Below the pieces are notes generated by a model. It was not told the DNA's origin and searched no databases. It saw nothing but the letters and a program-made list of their open reading frames with translations. Position numbers and translations under genes: made by a program. Positions 26,593-38,500 of a stretch of 64,000 bases of DNA are shown here, in pieces. The stretch comes from Styela clava. Lineage: Eukaryota. Position 1 is the stretch's first letter; each line of letters opens with the position of its first letter. The stretch is from the NCBI RefSeq assembly GCF_964204865.1, contig NC_135250.1, forward strand, positions 5,332,001-5,396,000. Reading direction: 5' to 3'.

Positions 26593-29500
26593 TCACAATA
26601 TTTTGCACAAAATTAAAGTGCTGAAAAGGACTTGAATCATCACAAAAACCCACATAAGAGCTCGATCACATACGCGAGAAACATTTTTCCACTCGTCCAT
26701 ATTGTCCACAACTTTTCGTTGCCTTCGAAAATGATCCGCAATAGTTGAAATGTTTTTAGAAATTGATTTGCGCAATTTTGCGTCGTCATGGAAATATGAA
26801 CTTTCATCACTAGATGGTGTCTGTGTACTGTGATTTTGGAGCACAACGGCTTGCTTTGATTCACTCTCAAGAGGATTTCCGGGTGAATGACTTCTTGATC
26901 TCCTGCGAAAAAAAAAAAGTTAAAAAACAAATTATTAAACATGAAGAGTTCGTACGGATTGTTTTGTTGAATTAGTTTTGTTGTTAATGCGATTGTTTTT
27001 GCTGAGGAAAAAATCTTTTCTTCGCAACAAAATGGACTAATCAGTTCCAAATTTTCAGTATTTAAAAACTGAAGCCGCTAGAAGGCTATTACTTTGATTA
27101 TTTTTATTTTTTTCAAATCTTCATGGAGCCAGTATTTCAACCCACATTATGCTGTTTTATTTCAATTAGGAACACTTTTTATGAAATATAGAAACACTTT
27201 ATTCCGTCACACTTTCCACTGATATTTTCAGCAAACTTGGTGTTCTTAGCGATGCGCAACTACCGTGTCAACATATTTGGGCCCTGCTCTCGTATTTCTA
27301 TTGACAAGATATATTTTACAAAATGCATTTACAAAAAGTGTCGCATTAAGGTTGTTTATGGTCGCCGCGTTCGGATGCTTGAACCTCGATAATCTAAAAT
27401 GTTGGTTTGAACATAAATTTCCACAACAATGGGCAATGTATGTGCAACAAGATGGCGGACACCTGAACATAATATGTGAACCAGGTCAGGGTTAGGCCGT
27501 ACTTTGATTCAAATTTTCCCTATTTTAGTTTTATTATGATTTCGGGGACAAGCCAAGTTACTGCCCTAGTATTTATACCTAAAATTATGTCCTAACCATA
27601 ACCTGATACACGTACTATGTTCCGGTGTCCACCATCTTGTTACACATACCCAATCAACTATACTATATTATAAGTACAATATCTAAACCAATAAACCATT
27701 CCAAGTTTGATCGCGTATCAGAAACACTTAAAATCAGTTCTAAGTTTTTTTAAAATCATCCCAGACCAACGACTACAACTGACGTCAGTAATCAATATTA
27801 ATTTAATCTGTACCCGGGTATTGGAGAACCATAGTCACGTCATCGAATAAAATTTAAATGCCGTTTTTTTTCTCAAATAAATTGTTTTTTCATCAAATAT
27901 TCAATTGAATTTAGTACATTTAACATTCTTTTTGTTTGTCAATATTTTTGTTTTTTATATATTGTACATATGATGTAACACAGCGCCACGAATGGAATAA
28001 TAAAATTCCAATATTCCTAATCCTCCAATTCCTAATATTCGATCAACATCATTTAAATGTTAATTATGGTTCACGGTTTAAGGTTTTAATCTATTTTCAA
28101 TTGGCGGTTTAGATTTCATAACTTCGTAAACAATCTGATATTTGGAAAAAGATTTTTCAAGTAGAATTTCAGAAACTTTATCTGTTCTTACAGATTTGTT
28201 TATAAATCCAAGGGAATGTTCAGAATTATTTTGAGAATCAAAATAATAAATCCTTTGCTTTTGATTTTTCAAAGCAATATGTAAGTTATATCGAAGAATA
28301 CAAATAGGTGGCGGACTACCAAAAATATTGAAAATGCTAACATAGGAATTCACGCCTCACAAAATCGAAAATTTATTTACTATTAGATTATAGGGCGATC
28401 CAGAAGTGTGTGTACCAATATGGAGGTAACTAATTTTGTTCGCCTACATTTCATCAAGTTGTGTAAAGGGACTGAAACCTAGGGGCAGGAGGTATATTCA
28501 CTTCGCTAACACAGAAAGTCCCCGAACTCGTAATAGAACTAAAATAAGGAAAATCGGAATAAAATTATGGCTTTCCCTAACCTGGTACACACACTACGGG
28601 AGTACCGATTGGAGTACATAAAAAGAATACGTTTTCAAAAACACAATAATTTACAAAAATGCGAGCTCTCTGTGTGTACTTGGTGTGAACGTTTGTGGAA
28701 TTTTCTTTTCATTTTCGTCTAAATAAATAAACTCACCTTCTGCTTAATTGAGATGAAATTTCACGGCTTGGTTTCCTCTTTGATCCATTTCTACATATTT
28801 TCGTGCTCGAACCATATTCGGAATGTGGAGGAAACTCGTAACTGTAAATAAATTTTTCTTAGTGAAGTGAAGTTAGTGGGGCATAGGGGTATAGACAATT
28901 TTTTGAGGGGGTGGGGAGCTGATCAAAAATAAAAATATTTGTTCGATTTGATCGTGCCCGCCCCATTTTGGATATTTACATTTCTTTATTATTTAGAGAT
29001 TGCGATTCCATCCGTTATTTGTGGCTTATTGTTAACTAGTTATTTCTGAGGTGGGGCCCGAGAGTTGACAAATTCTGAAAAACGGGGGGGGGGGGGAGTT
29101 AAAAATGTGAGAACCACAGGTTGGCTTTTTAACAGTTATTGAAAAAAAATCTACTCCTACGCCCGGTTGTAGGAAACTCCGACTTCAGCTCCGAACTCCC
29201 GAAAAAAATCAAATTTCAATAATATAAACTATGGCGTATGCAGCCTCTTTAAAGTCGGAGCCAATTGTAAATTTCCTCGATTTCACGGTTCTAGTCCAAT
29301 GTCTTACCTTTTTCGCCTTTCTCGATCTCGTGGTGGATGATTTATAGTGTACGAGTTGAATCCAAGCCCAAGTATAGGGTTTTGTCCTTTCCATGTCTTT
29401 TCTGAATCTGTTATCTCATGAGGCGAAGAGTGTTTGCGATGATATTGTCCCGGGGAAGAATGGCGCTTTGGAGATTCGCTACACGCTGGTGTTACCACTG

Positions 29501-32500
29501 ATACTTCTGTATCGTCGGAAAAGTCGGCTGTTTTTGTCATCGCATTCATTTGAACTAAATTCTGTCGTCGTAAACTCGCACTTTCTAGCGGGTTAGATGG
29601 TATTGGAGTAGAAGTAGATGAACGCATAGTGGATCTCATTACTTGTTGAGATGTGATTCGTTTGAGTGAAGGCCGTCGTTGATAGGTCGTTGAAATTGAA
29701 GGTGGGCGTGGCAATGTAGTTCCAAAATAGTCAGGCGGGTCTATCGGAGGCTGTGTGGCAATACACTCCGGTGACAATGTGGGCCAACTACTACGAGCGT
29801 CTGCTTTTAGTTTCTGAAATTGATACTGAGATATGTTGACCTCGGATTCTTTTGTCAATTCATGGGCAATAGGTTCCGGCGCACTTATTATTGGAGTAGT
29901 GGCAAAACTTCTCACACTCTGTGTATATCTCAAACAATTACCATTTGGTTTTCTATAAACACCATCTTTTTCTTGGGCACCTTCAGGTGACAAAATGTGA
30001 CGATTCTGTCTTGAATTGGTCAAAAATGGAGTCACTTCATCGTGTGTGATCGGTTTCGGTTCAACTTTTTCACGTTTAGTGCTGCTTTTGTGATAAAATT
30101 TAGATTTTTGACCAGCAAGAGACTCATTGGACTCACAGGCATCACTCAGTGGCTCTGGTGGTTTATGATGTATTTTGATATTGAGAAGTCCAGCAAGATA
30201 ATGTAGAATATATTTTCTCATCCAGCTAAAATACCAATGATAAAAACTTAACGGATCATATCTTATTGATAAATGTGTTTTTCAAATTGTGTCAGTATCT
30301 CATAATATAATCGGCGCTTCAGAAGTGTGTGTACATCAAGTTATGTAAAGGAATTGAAAACTATGGGCAGGGGGTATAATCACTTGGCTGACACAGACAC
30401 TCTTCGAACTCAATAATAAAACATAGTAATCGTAATAGAACTAAAATAAAGAAAATCGGAATAAAATTGTGGCCTAACCCTAACCTGGTACACACACTTC
30501 AGAATCAAATTGAAATGGTGTAATCGTAGAATCGATTACTCAGTCAGCTTGCTGAGTTGTCGCGCACAATAAGAAACACGTCTCACCAATAACACAATAG
30601 GATAAAAAAAGTCATATTTTAGAATTGCATTTCGAAAATGTGATTCCACAAGGAAAATTTACCTCGAAACAAGATGGCCGCGACTCGAATTTTTTTTTTC
30701 TGAGTCGATTGGAATAATTTACTATTTCATTCAAAGTTCCTGGCTTTATTATGTCTGCTTATGTGTAGGAATGGGGCCCAACATTTCATAAAACCACAGA
30801 ATAGCGTTTGGAGGCGAATATTGAGACTGTTTCGAGCCGAATATTGAGACTGTTTCGAGCCGTTGCAATGGGAAAGTTTAATCTTCACACAATTTAATAT
30901 CCATTACGTTTAGTATAATCGATATTTCAATAAACTAAATACGGTCAACGTATCGAGTTAACGTTTACACGTAATCTCTCTCACTTGGGAAATGGGATAA
31001 TATTGAAATAAGTTGAATAATTTTATAGACAGATGGATAATAAGTTTTTGTGATAGACGTGTCTTCGAGATGAAATGAACTTGCAAAAATATCTCTCGTG
31101 TCTGGCACTAGAAATATTGCATTGGTCTTTGCTTGTCGTATGGAAATACAGTATCTGGCAACTCTTTAAACATCCACGAATTCTGAATTCCTCGTTGGAC
31201 AAGATATATTATACCCAATCTTTGAGTCACAAATAATGATGCTTTTTTACTCATTGAAATTTAACCAGTAATTGGATTATTTTACAATATCTTGGATAAA
31301 CCCACATCAACTAAGTCCCTCGCGGAAATAGGAGTTATCCAAGGCAGTTTACTGGGTCCTCATTTGTTCCTATTTTATAAAAAGTTGAATATTGTAGAGC
31401 AAAATACAATCACTTAAATGTGAAGGAAAGTCATCTTATAATTAAGCCACAAGCGAAAACTGAAGTGTCAAGAGTAACCGATTCATGGTAAATGTATACA
31501 ACCGGTAATAGTGGAATGATGTAAGATTGAACCACTCCCGTACAATATGAGTAAAAATAATGGATGAGAAAAGTGACAATAGAGTACATATGAAAGATAT
31601 ATAAACTAATAAAATAAGCATAAATTTTGTTTGACTTGACTGGCGAGATAACGTCACCAAACGATTTCAACGGCCAACAAGCTCAATTACCAAAGCACAA
31701 TTGTTTTTAAGATATAGTAAATGACGTACCCTGGAACTGGTGGAGGGTTAGGACCACAAAAATGAATATTTTGGACAAATATGGTTGTAGCTGTACTGAA
31801 GGACATCAGAGCCATTGTCGTGATGTAATATTTTCCTAAAAAATAATTGAAATTTGGAATTATATGTTAAAACGAGTAGATTTAGCTACTGAAGTTAGGT
31901 ATAGTGTTGTTTTTTTTGCAGAAAAAATTCAAATAATGAAAGTCCAACTCAAAGTGTCCTGAAATTGCAAAATATTTACCGTAAATTTTTCCTCATTTTC
32001 ACTGAAGTAATATTTTTCAAAGTAGTTTTTATCCAATAAAAAGTGAAATTGTATTTTCTCAGTTTTTGCAGGTAGACACAGGGTGACCTCAACACACACA
32101 CAAAAACATAACTTTTTCAACTTCTTATTTATAATGAGGAACATTCATTTAACACTCGTTTGTGTGCACACAACTTCTGCTTGTATATGATTGTACCATA
32201 AATGTAGAACGCTTGGCACAAAAGTTATGTTATTTCTAGAAAGTGATCCGAATGACATGGGTTCTTTATTTTAGTCACCCATATCATTCAAATTACCTTA
32301 CCTATCAAAGGCACTGCTTCCGAGGGAGGCATGCTCTCCGCTACCAAAAGTTGGAATACAGTCATCGCCAATAAAGTTGTGATTCCGAGCGAAACTTTTT
32401 CCCCAGATTCAGCGGGAAGATAGAACGTTAAAGGCAGAAGAATGGAGATGAAAATGCACGGAAGCAACAAGTTGAAAATATAAAATGTTGATTTTCGTTT

Positions 32501-35500
32501 CAATCCGAGAGTGATTTCTACAATAGGATAAGGATCCGGACAGCATGAGTATTCTTCCACTACGCGTTTTACCGGCATATCAACTACTTGCCATTCTACA
32601 TTGGTCACAAAGTCGTCTCTAGAGTATATAAAAAATATTCTATTAATAGGTGAACAGAAATTTCATGAAGTACTGTTTTTAGTTTCAATTCTGCTGCAAA
32701 TCAGTAATCAGTATATCTTAAACTAGGTTTGTTTTATTTTAATCATATTTTTTTCACTTTCAAAATATACCAGTAGAAGTAAACACTATATATGGTATCG
32801 ATAAGTTCCTTCTGCGATTTTGAAAATTTAAATAAACACTGAATATTGGCTCTGTGAATTTTAATTGTTACGTCACCGTAACGTTTTTACTGATGAATTC
32901 GGTGTTCTGGGAAACACCAATTCATCGTTAAAAAATGTAAAACTAAATAAAGATTTTTTAAAAGTGTACCTGTTTCCCTGCGCTTGTGTTGGAATTACGT
33001 CCAAATGTTCCAGGTAGAAAGTCCACGATCCAAAAGTAAAAATGCACGACTGAGAATCAAACGGGAAGAACGAAACATCCATTTTGCATGATGTTTTAGT
33101 GATTGCAGGTTGGTCCCATCTAATTTCGCCCTTCGATGTCAGTACGACGTTGGTTTGTAGATTTTTTGGAAATGTACCGTCGGCACTGAAAGTGAAATGA
33201 CAAGAGGGCGTTGTTTAAATATATGGGCACGAAAGCCAAAACGAAGTAGTGCGACTATGTAATCTGTCACAGTAGACTACCGAAACCGCAGTAATCACGG
33301 CTAACGCGAATCGGAACCGTCACAAGTTACGCATTTTTGATGACGTCATCGCACGAAAAAATCGAAACCCATATAGCCCACAAAAAGTTTTGAAAGAAGT
33401 AAAAATAATAGCCTATAATAATAAAGCGAAAAATACAATCTTTAACCACTGAAAATTTCAAAGCAATTGGTTCAGTAGTTAATGAGGAACGCGATATTTT
33501 CATAACAATAAGAGAAAAAATAATAAATAATAACAAAACGATCTATATGTACATCTTGTGTCCAATAATGATCTCTATTACCAGAGTTGTGGGGTTGAAG
33601 TATAGTATCTCACATTACGTAACATACAATGACTACAATGGATGTTGGAGTCGTGATTTTGTATATCCGGTGCCGGAGTTTTTAAATATTATCATTATAA
33701 CAAGACTTGTTAAGTCGGGTTAACTATTTATGGCTCGTATCGTTTTCGGCATGGCATTTCCAAACTTTTTCTTTTTTATATTACGCTTATACACCACACC
33801 TTTCGCTTCGAACACCGAACAAGGCGCTACATAAGCAGCTACTGATATCTAACGATAGGTAAGAAGCTGCGATTGAGGTACTCCCGTAGAGTATGTACCA
33901 GGTTAGGGTTAGGCCATAATTTTATTCAGCGCCACTATTTATTTGCAGGGACGGGAATCTTTTATTTTCGGTATCGCCTACCAAATTTATTTTACCCTGG
34001 GTGAGATTGGGGACATTGTATTTAAATTTGAACCCGTAATGTGTGATCTGCCAATACAAATAAACTCAACGCTTTCATCGCTATGTCCCCACGCCGCCAA
34101 ATTTTATTGAAAGATAATGATTATTGAATACAATAAACCCAACAAAATCCCTGATTATTGCACCAGTTAAACCTAAATTCGTTTTCATAGTTTTCCTATC
34201 ATGATAATCACTCACTTAATGTTCTCCATTTTATGACAAAATATTCATATAAAGTTCAAAATGAATCAGGAAGAATTTAAAACAATTATAAATAAAAAAC
34301 TAAAATTAAATTTAAAAATTTTGTTACGGGAGCTTCGAAATAGTATTTTGAAAACGTACAACATTTTTGACTTCTGTGGCCAGTATCAACAAAGCAACAC
34401 TTGGCAAAGTTTCAGGTCTATGATACGATTTTATCTTGATATTAGGTCTCTATAACCAATCACCAAGCTTGTGGTATGAAAATAACACTGTGTCGAATGT
34501 GTTCCTAAATTTCAATTTTCAATACTAATCACCCAAAGAATAGAAACCTTTAGTGCTTTTAAATTTTCCAACTGTTAATGTAATATGAGCACGATTAAAA
34601 AAAAACTTCGATATTTTTGTCAAGATTGAAACTTTAGAACAATCCGTACGATTACCTACACCGGAGGTTCGAAATATATATATATTTTTAGAAAAAGTAC
34701 AACATTCTTGATTTCTGCGGCCAGGATCAACAAAGCAACGCTTGGCAAAGATTCGGGATCTATATTACGTTTAATCATGATAACAGGTCCCTCATTATAA
34801 CCAGAGATGGGATTCAAAATCGAGCGATCCAAAAGTATGTTTACCGATATAGAGGAAAGTAGTTTTGTTCGCCTACATTACATCAAGTTGTGTAAAGGGA
34901 CTGATTACTTTGGGCAGGGGGTATATTCACTCGGTTAACACAGACAGTCCCCGAACTCGTAATAACACTAAAATAAGAAAAATTGGAATAAAATTATGGC
35001 CTAACCCTAACCCGGTACACACATTACGTGTGTAACAATTTTACTGTGTTGATTTTGGTCCTGAATTTTGAAATTCAATACTTATTAACCAAAAAATAAA
35101 TTGAATATTGACTTTTCTGATTTATCAAACTGACCTATTAGGAACATGATTGAAAAATTTATAAAAACAAAATTCCCCCAAGATAGGCTCTTTGGGGGAA
35201 ATCATTGCATGTAACCTCAAAGTCCGAATTGAAGTTAGAATGCATAATACAATGGTTCGAATTTTTCGATAACTTCCCTCTTTGCCTATTTTGGAACTCT
35301 TTATTCCCTCCCCACTATGCGCAAAAACTCGGCATGTGTTTAGTCTATAATGAATGTTTAAATATAGTGTGAAGCGCAAGTCGAATTCTAGCTTTTGCGC
35401 AAATCGATTTGTTTATTATGTGTGCATAAATATGTTTTAAAACAATGTGAAATAACTAAGCAATATTAGAAATACGAATAAAAATTAATATTTCCTAATT

Positions 35501-38500
35501 AAAAACAACAATATTATTGAGATGGGGAATGCTGGCATAATATATCAAAATAACGGCCTAAATAATTGAATAATATAAGGCATGTTCTGGAAGGTATTAC
35601 AAAATCTACCAATGTCATTTTAAAGATTTTGTTAATCAATTCAAGACAAAGAGCCCGGCAGAAAATTTGCACCATTTGGCAACAAAGCCCATCGAGATAA
35701 AGCTGATGAATCCGCAGATTAACTAATTCCCTCAGGATATTATTTCTCAGACCAAAACAAAACTGGTATTCATTTTTAATAAATGGGTGATACCGATTCG
35801 TGTATAACCATGGCCACGAGATAACTATTATTGATATACGAAGCTCACACCAGACCAATTTTGATCATGTGAAATGTTTTTTAATTTCGAAAATAATTAA
35901 ATATTCAATGCTCGTGAGGAATGTTTTTAAATATTATATATATTGCAAAAATTCAATCCTATATTGTTATTGAAAACATCGTTCTGTTTTAAATCATCCT
36001 CTCCTAAGAATGAATTGAACATTTGAATTTCGTCAATTCTAGATATAAATGATGCGTTGTGGTAAAAGGGAACACTGTATTTTTTGGATAGCTTTAATAT
36101 CAAAAAACGTGGGACCACTATGTGTCAATTTACTCTTCTGTATATATAGACAACAGATTATCGTTACTGCCATTTTGTTTTTACCTGTTTTTTGGGCGTT
36201 GGCCACACATGACCTACAGATAATCGGTGTAGAAGTGCAACTGTTCCTGGAGTTGCACTGAAGAGTACTGATTTGAAAATTTAAATTTCCGATACAAAGG
36301 AGATTTGCTAACAGGATTAAATGAACTGTCTATTAGATGTAATGAAGTACTCATTTAGAGTAATCGGATTTCGGTCAAGCTTTGGCTCACAACCATGGAT
36401 ACTATCTCTTTGTTTAAGATAACGGTTTTGTTTTGAAAACAAGTCACTGATTCTGGGATATTTTTAAATATGGTTGCCCGGTCATTTGTAAGCTTTATCG
36501 CTTGTTTCTATTTTGCTGAATAAGCAATATAACGTTTCTGCCCAACTTCTTTGTGTGTATATATGTAACCGATACACCATTTGTTGAATACTGAAAATGC
36601 CAAAATATTGTTTAAAGAGCACAATAGAAGTGAATCTACATCATTTTTTTTCCTTGTGTTCAAAAAATATATAGCAAAATATATAAAACCATTCCTGAAG
36701 GCTTTCGAATGAGCAAAACTAAACAATTTACGAAACTATGGCTTTAGCGCCGTAGATTGAGTAAATTGATACGCCGGCTTAAATAAGCGAGATACGCTAC
36801 TACCCACAGGGGTTATATGCAGCAATGCCCTTTTTAATTTTGTTAATTCCATATAATTAAATGTCGTTGGAAATATGCATTTACGTATAAAACTTTTTTT
36901 TTACTCGATCGAGAGTTGTTTTCTGCCAAAAGACACTGTATACTATTATCACCGGAAATTTCGTTAGCTTATTTAGTTACCACGCTAGAAACTTCTTGTT
37001 TGTTTTGGGAAAACTGCAGGTAATATTCCGTTCGTTTTTGATTATATTTGCATCGCGAGATTTTCCAAGACGCCCTAATTGACTATACAATGTAGGCTGA
37101 AAAACAAATACTGTAAAGACGACGATATTCCATCTCTCGATCGATTCTAACAAGCTTTGTCGGTAAAGTAGACTTGTTATATTGATAATCTATTGTTGGA
37201 CATGAAGTTCAAAAATGATGCAATTATAAAGTAGAGAAACTTGATGCCAGATTTATTTCGAAAGTTTAATATCGATGCTGGCGACTAGTCTGTGGTCTTT
37301 TTTTCCGGTCAAATTTTTTTTTTCAAAATTTTTATCATAAAAATCTGTAGAACTATCCAGAAAATGAAGCCAAACGGAACAGATTATGAATTTAAAGTGT
37401 TTTACAATGTGGTTTATTTGAATTATTATTAGAAAAGTAGATAAATTGACCAATGCTGGTTATTTGCCGCTAGTCTGTGATCACTTGTCCGGTCACATTT
37501 TTTTTAACATTTCAATTTTTCCAAAAATAAAGCTACATCTTGAAATAGATGAGAAGAATTTCTGATAGAACTATGAACATTATGCATCAGTTCAATCCAA
37601 AAAGTGAGATGCTCTCAAGAAGGTTCATTTGAGCAATTGCCAAAATAGTATACTTAAATTTACATTCAGATCCATGGAAGGCCACAGGAATTTCCAAAAT
37701 GCGCAAAATAAAACTGCGACAAATTGACAAATTTTGGACTGTTGACGAATTCAAAACATTTTCTGGTTGCGCATTTGTCATAGATGGTGCTTGTGACAAA
37801 ACTGAAAAACACCAGAAATCTAAATTGTACACAAAACAGTCAACTGAATTCCTAGTATGATTGGTAATTACACCAAACTAGATTTTATGGTATAACGAAA
37901 AAAATATCAAGCGTACTAAATATATATATTTCATATTATATTAATATAGCGATTGAAAGTAGTTTCCAAAATATTGCGGCTCAAAATCTATTTTTTTTTT
38001 AAACATCTACGTCCATGCTTAAAGAGAGTCTTTTTGAGGTAAATTTCATGCTTGTTTATATATACTATATGCAGCAAATGTGTGAAAGACAAAATTAGAA
38101 CATTTTGATAATATTTACTTCAAATCCAAAACGGATGAAATATTAAAATATATTATTTATTCGACCAAATTTAAATCTTAACGTGCACCATTGATTTTCG
38201 GATTAAATCCGACTTGAATGTATTTGTTCAATTCCTGTTTTGAAAATTTCCGAAATTTCATTAAAATATTTAAAATAAGAGAAAGCACTATATTTAAAAT
38301 ATTGCCCAAATGTTGTCGATATATTGATGCAACCACGGATGTCGACGCGGCTTTCTAGAATAGCATGAACGTATTTTCGAATCTCTATTTCACTTCGGAA
38401 ATATTTCAAGACTAAACAAATATAGCTCGATGAAGCTTAAATTATAAGCAAAACGGATTTGAAGTTTAAAATAATTTTTCATTTTTTGAAATTAAAAACA

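Noticed and set aside
30816-30861. Perfect 23-bp tandem duplication GAATATTGAGACTGTTTCGAGCC
   Set aside because: An ordinary local slippage duplication in an intron, with no further structure.
35514-35858. 114-aa intronic ORF
   Set aside because: Non-ATG start, no recognisable motif or splice context, and not needed for the nAChR frame.
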